A DNA stretch of 64,000 nucleotides from Candidatus Bathyarchaeia archaeon (GCA_050008435.1 JBEKMQ010000002.1:175929-239928), one strand, 5' to 3'. Counted from the first letter of the stretch, positions 18,687-29,073 are shown. Numbers and translations are program-made. Notes: generated by a model not told the origin, from the letters alone.

Positions 18687-19252
18687 GTTTCAATGTTTTT
18701 GCTGCATGGACACTCTGCAGTTGACTTGTCTATTGATTTGATGTTTCGTCCTCAGTTTCCACGAGCAACCTAAAAGAAAAGAGGACCTAGCATTGCCTCC
18801 CTTTTCGTTCCAATTATAGCGCCCGTCACACGTCTGTATTACATCCGGTGTTTTCAACTTTTTTTTTGCGAAACTTCTTCCGGTATCTCAACAGTCTTTT
18901 TGGAAGGCGCATCTGCATCTTTAAGTTTTCCTCCAGTAGAAGCCGCTGTTACGTCCATGAGTAGACTTCCCGCCCCAATCGACACTCACCTAATAAAACA
19001 GAAAACGCTGAGACTAATCCTAGACCCACCCAACAATGTTTCAGGCAAAAGGGCGAAGAAAGGCGATTTCAGCATCGATTTTTCAGTAAACGTCAGGCTG
19101 AGGTTCTTAAGGTCATTGACTGTTGGGTCGAGTTTTTCTTGGTGCAAGGTTCCTAGCAGTTCTGTAACGCGTCGATTTCCTTTAATAATATTCTTAATAC
19201 GTAATTTCATGTAGTAGCTAAAACATAGCAAATTGTTAGTGGGGTAAGGAAA

Positions 19253-19885
19253 ATGAAACTTGCAATCTTTGGTGCAACTGGTGGCACGGGCAAGCTGCTT
19301 CTTGAACAGGCGCTTGAGGCAGGAGACCATGTTGTTGCATTCGTTCGTAATCCATCAAAGCTCAACATTAGGCATGAGTGCCTGACGGTTGTGCAAGGCG
19401 AGTTGGCTGATGAAGCGATGGTTGAACATGCAGTGAGCGATGCGGATGCAGTTATCAGCGTCTTGGGACCGCGAGGCGGCTCAAAAGGTAAACCGATCAC
19501 GCGAGGAATGCAGAATATAATTGAGGGGATGAAGAAACAGCACGTGCGTAGGTTGATTATCTCATCGACCTTGAGTGCCAAGGACCCGAATGATTCGCCT
19601 GATTTGAGGGCAAACGTTTTAGTCAACCTCGTGAAGTTCACGATGCACGCGGCGTACGAAGAGATAGTCAGTGTTGCAGAGACTGTGCGCAAGTCCGAGC
19701 TTGACTGGACGATCGTGCGCTTGACCACGCTCAACAACAATGCAAAATCTGGAAAAGTCAGAGTCGGCTATCTTGGCAGGGGCGAGGTGGGCTCAGGGAT
19801 ATCCCGTGCGGATTTGGCTGAGTTCATGCTGAAGCAGGTGAAGGATACGAAGTATCTGCGCGAGGCGCCTGTAATCAGCAATTGA
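19253..19885 (+). CDS. NAD(P)H-binding (NmrA/BVR-B-like atypical SDR) oxidoreductase
   Basis: MKLAIFGATGGTGKLLLEQAL Rossmann N-terminus. Confidence 0.7.
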   Translation: MKLAIFGATGGTGKLLLEQALEAGDHVVAFVRNPSKLNIRHECLTVVQGELADEAMVEHAVSDADAVISVLGPRGGSKGKPITRGMQNIIEGMKKQHVRRLIISSTLSAKDPNDSPDLRANVLVNLVKFTMHAAYEEIVSVAETVRKSELDWTIVRLTTLNNNAKSGKVRVGYLGRGEVGSGISRADLAEFMLKQVKDTKYLREAPVISN

Positions 19886-19900
19886 CGTTGATCTATTCCA

Positions 19901-20704
19901 TTGAGGAGGTGCCGAAATCGCATGGATCCAGCCTATTTTGCCGAGCACGCGTCGAAATCAGAATTCCTCGAAGAAAAGACAAAGAACGCCTTAGGCATGA
20001 TGAAGGAGGCAGGGTTTGAAATCGCGGGTCTAGTTGAGGTTGTTGTTGATGAGCAGCTTCCGTTCATGGGATACACTACGAGAAAGTGGAAGGAGCATGT
20101 CATCGTGGTTTCAGGCATGGCCGTTGATTCTGGCCTGGTGGAGGGTTTGTTGATTCATGAAATGTCACATATTTGCAGGACCGAGAAGAATCATCCTTCG
20201 CACGATTACAGGCTCCTGAACGATTTCACCAGGCGTCTGTCGAGCAAATATCGTTTTTCCGCGAAATATCAAGTGGAGATCTTGCAGCAGATCATAAACC
20301 ATATACAAGACCTGTACGCTGACGACATCGCGTTTGAGGTGTTTAGGAAGAATCAGGCAAAGCCGCCTTTTCCTCTAGAAAGAATGAGTGATTTCTTTCT
20401 GAGTTGGATAAAGACGGAACCATCAAGACTCAGGAACAAAACAAAAGAGAGGTGGGTGAACGCCTCTATATTGTTGAGCAACGCATTCGCAATCAGCAAT
20501 CTTGAGAGGCATCACGTCGAAGACGTTGGTGACAGGATGAAAACAGCGAATGAAATGTTCCTATCAAAGTTAGATGAACCTTTCCGAGAGGAATTCTCTT
20601 ACTTCAGAACTCTCATGACAAACCTGAAAGAAGATGCCAAAGAGCAGGAATTCAAAGATGAACTGTTGGCTTATGTCGACCATTTTTTGCAATTGACTTC
20701 TTGA
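19901..20704 (+). CDS. hypothetical protein with HExxH motif
   Basis: LLIHEMSHICR is a possible zinc-metallopeptidase-like site. No family recognised. Confidence 0.4.
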   Translation: MRRCRNRMDPAYFAEHASKSEFLEEKTKNALGMMKEAGFEIAGLVEVVVDEQLPFMGYTTRKWKEHVIVVSGMAVDSGLVEGLLIHEMSHICRTEKNHPSHDYRLLNDFTRRLSSKYRFSAKYQVEILQQIINHIQDLYADDIAFEVFRKNQAKPPFPLERMSDFFLSWIKTEPSRLRNKTKERWVNASILLSNAFAISNLERHHVEDVGDRMKTANEMFLSKLDEPFREEFSYFRTLMTNLKEDAKEQEFKDELLAYVDHFLQLTS

Positions 20705-20843
20705 TTTCCTGTTGCAGGATTAGTTATCGTGCTTCGTCAGTGACAAACGTGCTTAGAAGGCGCGACTACTGAACGACTCGTGTTTGTGACAGCCAATTCT
20801 TTAAGGGTTTGCTGGCAATATTAGGGGTGCAGGAGAGAATAGC

Positions 20844-21761
20844 ATGTATGACATTATTATCGTCGGTAGTGGGCCGGCAGGCTTAGCGGCTGCAATTCAT
20901 TCTGCAGTTTTCGGCTTGCGTACACTGGTTTTAGAGGCAGAAGAGAGAGCGGGTGGAATAGCAACTAGAGCTCGTGGGATAACTAATTACCCGGGCTTTC
21001 GAGGCAAGGTTTCTGGGCTGAGGCTTATGGAGAAGATAGTGCTTCAAGCAGAGAAGGATGGTGCCGAGGTTCACACTTCGGAGAATGTGATCAACCTTGC
21101 TCTGCGCGGAAACGATAAGGGTGTGGAGACTCAACGGGGCACGTATCGATGCAGAGCTTTGATCTTAGCAACTGGAGATGGAATGAACGGGATCGGTATG
21201 AAATGGGAAACCTGGATAGGTGGTGGCGTTGCCTACTGCGCAGAGTGTGGTGCACCCTTCTTCAAAGGAAAAGAAATAATCGTCGTAGGCAATGTCAGGG
21301 ACGCTGTTGACGAAGCCCTGCATTTAGCTAAGACAGCGAAGAACGTGAGGTTAGTTAACCATGCTAATACGATTCACATAGATGGTCAGACAAAGAGGCA
21401 GTTGGAAAAAAGTCATGTTAGTTTAATAGAAGATTTTGCGGGGAAAGAGATCAAAGGGGAACCACCAGTTAAACAACTCGTGATGCGCCAAGTTGGAGGT
21501 TCCAAGACCAGAACATTGACGGGCAACATGGTTTTCGTGGTTGCAGGCGTCAAACCGTTTGTTCAAGTTTTACGGAATGTTGGCATAAGAACTCACAGGC
21601 AAGGCTGCATTATCGTGGACGAGTTTGGAAGAACGAATGTTGAAGGAGTTTTCGCAACTGGCGGGTGCGCTTCAACAGTTAAAGACATGATACCTGCATG
21701 CGTGGGTGATGGAACAACCGTAGCTACATGTGCACGTTTGTACCTGGCATACGGATGCTAA
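20844..21761 (+). CDS. thioredoxin reductase-like FAD-dependent disulfide oxidoreductase
   Basis: IIIVGSGPAGLAAA FAD motif, CAEC redox-active CxxC, GVFATGGC C-terminal FAD motif. The second dinucleotide motif is degenerate (VVGNVRDA). Confidence 0.75.
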   Translation: MYDIIIVGSGPAGLAAAIHSAVFGLRTLVLEAEERAGGIATRARGITNYPGFRGKVSGLRLMEKIVLQAEKDGAEVHTSENVINLALRGNDKGVETQRGTYRCRALILATGDGMNGIGMKWETWIGGGVAYCAECGAPFFKGKEIIVVGNVRDAVDEALHLAKTAKNVRLVNHANTIHIDGQTKRQLEKSHVSLIEDFAGKEIKGEPPVKQLVMRQVGGSKTRTLTGNMVFVVAGVKPFVQVLRNVGIRTHRQGCIIVDEFGRTNVEGVFATGGCASTVKDMIPACVGDGTTVATCARLYLAYGC

Positions 21762-21972
21762 GTGTTTCAACCACCGAACCATTTCTGGCATCGTTTCCCT
21801 CTGTTTTGTTCAATCCTCTTTCATTTTTTTCGAGAATCAACGATAAGCACTCCCCGAAAAACGCTCTTTCGGCATTCTTAATGAGCCCCTTTGTATGATG
21901 CAAAAATGCTGATGAGCCAATTCGCGGGGCGCAACACGTCCATTTTCTCCTTGTTGATACGCATAGGACTAC

Positions 21973-22938
21973 TCAGAAGAGATGATTACTTGCAAAGATG
22001 GGGCTTTCGCCTATCTCGCTGACCACCGCGTTCTTGAACCCTATTTCGGTAAGACATTTAGCTATGGTTCTCGAGTTTTCTTTGTACGTGTTGATGAATA
22101 CTGATGGGCCAGTGTCCATAGAATACCAGGCTTGAACTCCGTCTTTTCTCTCGTTTATCAACTTTCTCACTACGCGGATTGTGTCAGGCTCCCATAGCAA
22201 CATATGCGACTTGCCTGTCATAGTTATAGCGTGCAGGTTAAGCGTGTCTTCTTCAGCTAGCCGTCCGATGGTAGCTGTGTCACCTTTGCCTATGGCTTTT
22301 TTCATCTCCTTGAGCATGGCGCCGATGTTCCTGCATCTCGCTTTGAACAGTGGCGAGCTGAGGACCTCTGCATGAGCCTCGTCAGTCTTCACCTCAGAAT
22401 GGATAGGCACTATGACCATGGAAAAGTCTATGTCCTCTGGCCAGCTAATCTGTTCGGCATAAGATTGGCCCTTCTTGTCGGCGTACCATATGGCAAAGCC
22501 TCCTGTGAGACTCCTTGTCGAAGAACCTGCACCGAGCCGGACGGTTTCTGAGAGAGAAACCGCATCCAGACACAATCCAAGCGCCTTAGAAGCTGACAGG
22601 CCCAAGGCTGCGAAACCAGAAGCAGAAAATCCCAGACCCTTGCCTGTCTTGAGGCTGTTCTCAGAAACCACTCTGAAACCACCATCGAATTCTGCCAGGG
22701 TCCCCAGCTTTCCCAGCACGATTTCTATGCGTTCCCTATCTTGTCCGCATGCTGTCTTGCCATCAATTATGAATTTGCTTTCTTTCGAGTCTTCTAGTGT
22801 CTCGACGGTCGTGGTAGTGGTTAAGGCTTGAACGCATACAGATATGCTGTCATGATAGGGTATCCTCTCTTTTGGTCTTCTTAGCCCGTGATATTTTATC
22901 AGTCCCTGGATAGGATGTGCGACAACGGTAACCTTCAA
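21973..22938 (-). CDS. GHMP-family (di)phosphomevalonate decarboxylase-like enzyme
   Basis: IKYHG...IPYHDSISV, GLGFSASGFAALG (GHMP motif II) and GAGSSTRSLTGGFAIW parallel the mevalonate diphosphate decarboxylase motifs. Confidence 0.7.
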   Translation of the reverse strand: MKVTVVAHPIQGLIKYHGLRRPKERIPYHDSISVCVQALTTTTTVETLEDSKESKFIIDGKTACGQDRERIEIVLGKLGTLAEFDGGFRVVSENSLKTGKGLGFSASGFAALGLSASKALGLCLDAVSLSETVRLGAGSSTRSLTGGFAIWYADKKGQSYAEQISWPEDIDFSMVIVPIHSEVKTDEAHAEVLSSPLFKARCRNIGAMLKEMKKAIGKGDTATIGRLAEEDTLNLHAITMTGKSHMLLWEPDTIRVVRKLINERKDGVQAWYSMDTGPSVFINTYKENSRTIAKCLTEIGFKNAVVSEIGESPIFASNHLF

Positions 22939-23116
22939 GCCAGTTGCCTCTGGGCCAAATACAATACGATTGAGAAAACCATGTTATTTAAGCTAGGCGC
23001 AGTTCAGTTTCTGCATTGAGCGCACGATTGTTTGCGTCGTTTCCGGTAGGAACACGATTTGAACGCTTAGCCTGATGAGGAAGTTCCCCGTGAAGCCCTC
23101 AAGCGCATGTATTGTC

Positions 23117-24037
23117 CTAGCCTTTCATCGGCCCTCCGATGGCGAATACTCCACGCACCTCTTCGTTTGTGAGTTCTGGTCCGCGACGCATCCTTATGCT
23201 TCTTGAGTATTGCGTGAAACCGTGTGCCGTGAGTAGGTCTACAGCGTTTTTGTTTGTTTCGGGAACGCCAACGTAGAGTGTCGTGTTCTCCAGACTATTC
23301 ATGCATGCTTGAAGCAGGTTCTTGGCTGTTCGAGTGCTTTCTGGGTTGCAGACGAAAGGTCCAAGGCTGTATCCGTTCTCTGCTTTTCTGCACATTAGGT
23401 ATCCTTCTACTGTGGCTTTGTCGTAGTTTGCGAAGCAGAGTTGTGGGTTTTCCTTGAAGAGGCTGACCAGAATCTTGGTCCTGTCTGCTCCGAAATATTT
23501 CTTGTCGAAGGCGGCGATTTTGTTGATGTTCTCCTTCGTGATTGCTGTTGTGCTGTCTCTCTTTTGTCGAGTTGGCTTCTTGATGGTTTTTGATAGTCTG
23601 AGTGAGCCGTATTCATCGATAAATCCCAGTTTTCTGTACAGTTCTGATACCTGGGTAGCGGCTTCCAGCTTGATTGTCTGCGCGCCGTGTTGCAGCAGGT
23701 AATCGATGGCTTTGTTCATGAGCTGCGTGGCTATTCCTTTTCTTCTGTACTCGGCTTCCACTATTAGGAGTCCTAGCCATGCGAGTTTGCCGTAGCTGAC
23801 TGTGAAAACGTGTCCAACAGGTTCTTTCTTTACTTCAGCAATGAAGCAACCTTCCGGTTGATAGTTGTACATGCGCAGCAAGTCTTCTTTCCTGTCGTTC
23901 CATCGTTCCGCCATGTTCAGTTTATACGCGAATTCCAAGTCTGCCTCTGTCAGTGTGCGGATGAACGGGGATTCCATAGTTGTCATCATCACGTTTAACT
24001 TGATATAAAACATTCTTTTGGTTTCTGGAACGATCAA
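23117..24037 (-). CDS. GNAT family N-acetyltransferase (two-domain)
   Basis: VEAEYRRKGIATQLMNKA motif A, plus a second GNAT-like half. Confidence 0.7.
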   Translation of the reverse strand: MIVPETKRMFYIKLNVMMTTMESPFIRTLTEADLEFAYKLNMAERWNDRKEDLLRMYNYQPEGCFIAEVKKEPVGHVFTVSYGKLAWLGLLIVEAEYRRKGIATQLMNKAIDYLLQHGAQTIKLEAATQVSELYRKLGFIDEYGSLRLSKTIKKPTRQKRDSTTAITKENINKIAAFDKKYFGADRTKILVSLFKENPQLCFANYDKATVEGYLMCRKAENGYSLGPFVCNPESTRTAKNLLQACMNSLENTTLYVGVPETNKNAVDLLTAHGFTQYSRSIRMRRGPELTNEEVRGVFAIGGPMKG

Positions 24038-24063
24038 AATTGCCTTGATTCCAACTTGTTAGT

Positions 24064-24570
24064 ATGAGAGAATATCTTAAAGCTGATTCTGTACCTATTT
24101 TCTCACACATGATAAAGGAAAGATCGACGGTCATACCTACTGTATATCTGGTTTTGACAGAGAGCAACAGAATTCTGCTTTCTCGAAGATACAACACGGG
24201 GTTTCAAGACGGAAGATACAGTCTCCCAGCTGGTCATCTAGACGGAAGAGAAGAGACCTTCATACAAGCTATGGTTAGGGAGACAAGAGAAGAAATAGGA
24301 GTGAAGATAGAACCATCGAACTTGGAACTAATTCACGTAATGCACAGGAAACAAAGCAAGCCGACTGATGAAAGAAGGATAAATCTCTTTTTCAGGGCAA
24401 GCAAGTGGGAAGGTGAGCCCAGAATTATGGAACCTGACAGATGTGATGACTTAAGATGGTTTAATCTTAATCATCTTCCAAGAAATACGATACCCTACGT
24501 AAGACAAGCAATTGAGTGCGTCAGAAACAGGATTTTTTACAGTGAATATGGATTCTCAAATGAACACTAG
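24064..24570 (+). CDS. NUDIX hydrolase
   Basis: Nudix box GHLDGREETFIQAMVRETREEIGV. Confidence 0.85.
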   Translation: MREYLKADSVPIFSHMIKERSTVIPTVYLVLTESNRILLSRRYNTGFQDGRYSLPAGHLDGREETFIQAMVRETREEIGVKIEPSNLELIHVMHRKQSKPTDERRINLFFRASKWEGEPRIMEPDRCDDLRWFNLNHLPRNTIPYVRQAIECVRNRIFYSEYGFSNEH

Positions 24571-24700
24571 AAGACCGTGCCCCGTTTCCTCGGTCTTTTT
24601 TGATTTTGCGGGAAAATCGTACGTGAACTAGGTGAAACTTGAGCAAGTCTTTTAACCGGCAGCATCAGACGTGGTTGAATTGAGAAGGAAGGGATGCTGA

Positions 24701-25054
24701 TTGATTAAGGGAGTTAATTGGCTTGAAGTAAAAGTGACTGACATCAAAAAGGCTATCAGTTTCTATCGTGATGTTCTCGGCTTGAAGATAAAGAATGAAT
24801 GGTCAAACTACATAATATTCGATTTAACTGGAACAACCGTTTTTGCAATAATGCTCGGCGGAAAGAAAGGACGAAAAGAAGGAGCACCAAACATCTATCT
24901 GGCCGTGGAAAACGTTGACGAGGAATACGACAGACTGAAGGCAAAAGGCGTCAACTTCGTAGAACCGCCGAAGAAACAATACTGGGGTGGCTACGCCGCA
25001 ATGTTCGCTGACCCAGACGAGAATCTATTCTACTTGACCCAAGCAAGAGATTAG
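24701..25054 (+). CDS. VOC/glyoxalase family protein
   Basis: 117 aa. FYRDVLGL and ADPDENLFYL are typical of the glyoxalase/bleomycin-resistance fold. Confidence 0.8.
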   Translation: MIKGVNWLEVKVTDIKKAISFYRDVLGLKIKNEWSNYIIFDLTGTTVFAIMLGGKKGRKEGAPNIYLAVENVDEEYDRLKAKGVNFVEPPKKQYWGGYAAMFADPDENLFYLTQARD

Positions 25055-25119
25055 TTTGCTATTGACAGAAACAGCCTGAGATTTTGAAACAGGCTCTTAC
25101 GCTAGTTTTGACCAGTTGA

Positions 25120-25266
25120 CTACTTTCGAAAACACTCCATGCAAATAGCAATCAGCTTGACGTCTTGAAGCGGCTGGGGTAGGGATGTAATGCCCTTCGC
25201 AAACACGGTCACATAACCCAAAGGCTTTCCACACTTCTGGCATCTCAATGGCTTAGGGTTCTCCAT
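25120..25266 (-). CDS. small zinc-ribbon protein (48 aa, below ORF-track cutoff)
   Basis: My translation is MENPKPLRCQKCGKPLGYVTVFAKGITSLPQPLQDVKLIAICMECFRK, with CxxC...CxxC. There is no clear ribosome-binding site. Confidence 0.35.
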   Translation of the reverse strand: MENPKPLRCQKCGKPLGYVTVFAKGITSLPQPLQDVKLIAICMECFRK

Positions 25267-25561
25267 TTTCCATCACTAGGTGTATTCTCTCCCTGACTTG
25301 CTTAAGGACTTGCCCATAATCAGTGTTTTCTGATGGCGCCATGTCGTACTTTGGCTGAGGTGCGTGCGCACGACCTACCCACACCAGGTGTAGTATATGA
25401 TCCGAGTATGACCCGAAAAACACAAGAACAGCCCAAACCACTCGCAGTCTGACTTAACAGCAAGCATGCGCGTTTTTCTGAAAGGGAAACATTGATGAAA
25501 GCTAATAGGACAAAACTATCAAACAGTTGATCAAGGCAGAGAGGGAAAATGGTTGCTTTTT

Positions 25562-25819
25562 ATGGTGATTGAGCGATTTAAGGACGCTAAAGCTGTTTAT
25601 CGCAGAGTGCGAGAAAAAGGCAGAATATTACCAGAAGGACTAAAATACGTTGGAAGTTGGGTGGAGGCCAACTGCAATCGCTGTTTCCAACTTATGGAAT
25701 GTGATGACGCAAGCTTGTTTCAGAAGTGGGTGATCCAATGGAGTGACCTAGTGGACTTTGAAATAATTCCAGTTGTTGAATCCAAGCAGACAGCGAAGGA
25801 GATTGAACCCTCTCTTTGA
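25562..25819 (+). CDS. DUF3303 family protein
   Basis: MVIERFKD..Y.R....GR.LPEGL.Y.GSWV....RCFQLME.DD pattern. Confidence 0.55.
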   Translation: MVIERFKDAKAVYRRVREKGRILPEGLKYVGSWVEANCNRCFQLMECDDASLFQKWVIQWSDLVDFEIIPVVESKQTAKEIEPSL

Positions 25820-25966
25820 CGCCCGCGCTCGTAGTGGACACACAGCCTATTCCCGAAAACGTTTTGATACAAAAATGATTTCAATGCAAGTGCCGACCTC
25901 GTCAACGCTTGCCACAATTTCGAAAGACGAGAACAGAGCGCGGGTCAACTGATCAGATACAATTGC

Positions 25967-26698
25967 TTATACAATGTTTAGCAATTCGTCGAGGGAAGAA
26001 ATAATCCTGTCTGGTGACGCTTGAAGGAGCTTTTCTTTTGGACTTATGCCTCCGACTATTGCGATTGCCATGACACCTGCATCTTTGGCGGCCATCACGT
26101 CTATCCAGCTGTCGCCGACGTATGCTGCATCATTTGGGCGGTATCCGAGCGTCGATAGGGCTTTTCTGACACAATCTCCATATGGCTTGATTCTTTTGAC
26201 GTCATCCCTCGTTATCACTACGTCAAAGAACCCGTCTAAGTCAAATTTCTTCAAAGCCAGTTTTACTCCTTTGCTGCCTGAATTTGATACTAGACCCACC
26301 TTGACCCCTGATTTCTTCAATTCGCATATGGCAAATGTTGCACCCTTCGTCAACTTTGATTCAGAAAGAGCCTCGACGTCAAACCTGTCAAGAACCGCAC
26401 TCAGGTTTTTTCTCAAAGACCCTCTGCTGAGCCCCTCTCCTTTCGCAACTTGTGCCTCGGCCTTCTCCAGCATGCTTTCCACTGTATCATCTATACTGAT
26501 GTTACGAGTATCGAGACCGAGTTCTGCTATCCTCTCGATCACGGCTGTCTTGGCTTCTTTAGCCTTGAAAGTGCTATTGAGAATCGTCCCATCAAGATCA
26601 AAAAACACGGCACGCATTCTCTTTCTTTCTTTCGACCCCATTCTCTTCATGAACCGTGGTTCCCCTTCTCTTGGTTTATCGCACGACCTTTCTTTCAA
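25967..26698 (-). CDS. HAD-superfamily hydrolase (phosphoglycolate phosphatase-like)
   Basis: VFFDLDGT motif I, LVSNS motif II, VGDSWIDVMAAKDAG motif IV. Confidence 0.8.
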   Translation of the reverse strand: MKERSCDKPREGEPRFMKRMGSKERKRMRAVFFDLDGTILNSTFKAKEAKTAVIERIAELGLDTRNISIDDTVESMLEKAEAQVAKGEGLSRGSLRKNLSAVLDRFDVEALSESKLTKGATFAICELKKSGVKVGLVSNSGSKGVKLALKKFDLDGFFDVVITRDDVKRIKPYGDCVRKALSTLGYRPNDAAYVGDSWIDVMAAKDAGVMAIAIVGGISPKEKLLQASPDRIISSLDELLNIV

Positions 26699-26838
26699 AT
26701 AGAATATTAGCTTTAGCGCGCACGCGTGTCATCTAAATAGTTCGCGGAGTGCTGAACTGCACAGATAAATAGACTTCTAACGGCATATTTCTATTGGGGC
26801 CTTCAGAACTGCGGCACGGGGCAAATAATAAATGAACA

Positions 26839-27384
26839 ATGCATGAAGCTCTGTTCAAGGTCCTGGAAATGTGCCAACTGAGATTAAGAGACGGCAGAGA
26901 AGTTGTTATTAGATTTCTGAACCCAGAGGATAGAGATGGACTTTTTCGGATGTTTTCTTCTATGTCTGAGAAGGCTCTTGAATGGAGCGCGGCGCCATAC
27001 ACTATGGATGTTATTGATAGGTGGATCGGCAATATACCAAGTCTGATACCCTTGGTAGCAGAATACGACAAGAGAATAATTGGTTACGCGGTCATCTACA
27101 AGTATCCCCATCAGAGAAGAAAGGGAATCGGAGATTTGGCCATATACCTGCATCAGGACTTTCAAAAAGCTGGACTGGGAACGGCGATGACCGAAAAACT
27201 TCTTGAGCTCGCCAAGAAGGAAAGAATGCACAAAATAGAGCTAGGTGTCGTAGCAGACAACGAGGTTGCAAAAAGCCTTTATCAGAAATTCGGGTTCAAG
27301 ACTGAAGGAGTAAGCAAAGACTCGTTCTTCGGCTTTGACGGAAAATATCACGACGTGGTTCACATGGGTCTAATATTAGACTGA
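26839..27384 (+). CDS. GNAT family N-acetyltransferase
   Basis: HQRRKGIGDLAIYL..AGLGTAM motif A region, and HKIELGV..N..A..LY.KFGF. Confidence 0.8.
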   Translation: MHEALFKVLEMCQLRLRDGREVVIRFLNPEDRDGLFRMFSSMSEKALEWSAAPYTMDVIDRWIGNIPSLIPLVAEYDKRIIGYAVIYKYPHQRRKGIGDLAIYLHQDFQKAGLGTAMTEKLLELAKKERMHKIELGVVADNEVAKSLYQKFGFKTEGVSKDSFFGFDGKYHDVVHMGLILD

Positions 27385-27391
27385 TAATCAT

Positions 27392-27988
27392 TTAGTACAA
27401 AGCATTCAGCAGCTTTGAGTGAGTAGTGCCTAGTAACCCTAACTGGTTGCTAGCCTGCCGTACTCCCATCAGAGAGGAGACGCATCCATCACGAGCACAC
27501 GCACTTTCATTGTCATTCAAATGTGTTCTCAGGAAATCAGCAATGATTGGCTTGAGATCAAAAGCGACTTTGATTCGGAGAATTCCCTTCAAGGCAAAGT
27601 ATTTTAGGTCAACTCCTTCACCGAGTTTTAGGTCTTCTGCCCTCTCGGAGATGTTACCCCAGAAGATGTGGCGTTCAACGATCTCGCCCGGCGTATTTTC
27701 AACGACAGTTCTAAACAATCTGAAATCATGAATATCCAAGCCCAGTTCTTCCTTCACTTCCCTCACTGTAGCAAGCTCTGGGCTTTCACCTTTCTCAACT
27801 CTTCCGCCTGGCAATGTCCAACAGCTTGGATATAGAAAGTCATGCTCACACCTGAGCTGCATGAGGACTTTTCCTTTAGAATTCACCAAGATAATTCCAG
27901 CAAACCTATTACGTTTCAAGCGCGCGCTTAAACGACTGATATCTGGATTGGAGTTTCTTCCACAAGCCATAAAAAAGCTGCAAAGCAA
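27392..27988 (-). CDS. NUDIX hydrolase
   Basis: Nudix box GGRVEKGESPELATVREVKEELGL. The N-terminal 30 aa are non-homologous and are encoded across the palindrome at 27919-27928. Confidence 0.8.
   Translation of the reverse strand: MLCSFFMACGRNSNPDISRLSARLKRNRFAGIILVNSKGKVLMQLRCEHDFLYPSCWTLPGGRVEKGESPELATVREVKEELGLDIHDFRLFRTVVENTPGEIVERHIFWGNISERAEDLKLGEGVDLKYFALKGILRIKVAFDLKPIIADFLRTHLNDNESACARDGCVSSLMGVRQASNQLGLLGTTHSKLLNALY
27919..27928. repeat. exact palindrome AGCGCGCGCT
   Basis: Flanked to give AAGCGCGCGCTT. It lies in the non-homologous 5-prime part of the Nudix ORF. Confidence 0.95.
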
Positions 27989-28014
27989 AACTATGAAGTA
28001 TGTGAGGTATTTGT

Positions 28015-28326
28015 TTGGATAAAGAAGCGGGTCGTATAAAGATCACGGTGCTCAAACGGTTTGACACTAAAGAGGTATTCAAAGATCCTCCAGTCAAGGC
28101 AAAGTATAGTGGTCCATGTCCCATCTTCAAAGAAGGACAGGTATTCCAAGTTGAGGATAGCATGCCAAACGGGTTTTGCCCTTACGCTTGGGACACAATC
28201 TTCCCGATGATTATGACGCTCAAGTTCGGTGGCAACTGTTCTGAGTGGTATGAGGAACCTGGAGTTGCAGTAGCGTGTTGCCCAGACGGATTAAGACCAG
28301 TGATCTTCAAGCTAGAGCGAAAATAG
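28015..28326 (+). CDS. TIGR04076-family protein
   Basis: GPCPIFKEG..F......PNGFCPYAW..I.P......GG.......V.CCPDGLRPVIF pattern. Confidence 0.55.
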   Translation: MDKEAGRIKITVLKRFDTKEVFKDPPVKAKYSGPCPIFKEGQVFQVEDSMPNGFCPYAWDTIFPMIMTLKFGGNCSEWYEEPGVAVACCPDGLRPVIFKLERK

Positions 28327-28740
28327 CCAGGATCCTCTGTATGCTTTCGTAAACCATCAAAACTATAATGCCTAATGGATATCGTCCCTCTGAAGACCTA
28401 GTTCAGGAGGAATCTCCCACACCTTGGCTATTTGCACTATCGTTTCCAGTTGTATTCTTGTTCTACACTTTCGACATATTGCTTTTAAGCTAGTTTTGGC
28501 ATGGCGTTCTATTGGTATTGCTGAGAAATCACACTAACAATAGTGGAGTTCTCCCGTATTCCCGACTGACATAGATATCGCCACTTTCGGCAAGAATAGA
28601 CGGATTAGCCTGATCTAAAAGAATAGAAGGAAATGTCTTCTGGTTTTGTTCTCTACCAAAGATGAAAGAATCATTGGATTTAGTTGTCATTCAGAAAAGA
28701 CAAGAAAAGAAAGTGGCGGAATGATATGTTTTTGCTGTTC

Positions 28741-29073
28741 TTAACTCTTCTTTGGCTTTCTGAGCATCGAGCCTATGTAGAGTCCGATGAAACTTGCCAC
28801 CACCACAATGAAAACATTTAAGGCTATCGTGTCAGTCAGTGCATATTCCTCAACGCTCCACCATTGAGATGTCGTCAGCGTCTTTCCTGGGTTGGCGTTT
28901 TGGTAGGTTTCTTTAACTAATGGAGTCCAGTCCCCCTGTGCTGGAATTGCTGCTGCATAGAAAAGCATCAGTAGAGCGGCTCCCAAGACGACTATCTTGG
29001 CTATGGTTTTTATGCCAGCTTCTTCCCAGATTTTCCTGGAGAAGATTGCGCCGACGATCAATCCACTAAGCAA
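28741..29073 (-). CDS. small membrane protein, possibly 5-prime truncated
   Basis: TTG start. The hydrophobic reading frame stays open upstream to about 29200 without a start codon. Confidence 0.4.
   Translation of the reverse strand: MLSGLIVGAIFSRKIWEEAGIKTIAKIVVLGAALLMLFYAAAIPAQGDWTPLVKETYQNANPGKTLTTSQWWSVEEYALTDTIALNVFIVVVASFIGLYIGSMLRKPKKS

Noticed and set aside
18690-19252. ORFs 18900..19214 (+), 18986..19330 (-) and 19207..19740 (-)
   Set aside because: They overlap one another, show no family features, and the last is antisense to the well-supported NAD(P)-binding gene. A 74-aa version (18986..19210, minus strand) cannot be excluded but has no support.
25818-25947. 9-bp inverted repeat CCCGCGCTC / GAGCGCGGG separated by ~105 nt
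   Set aside because: It is a single occurrence with a short stem and a long loop, so there is not enough to propose a function.
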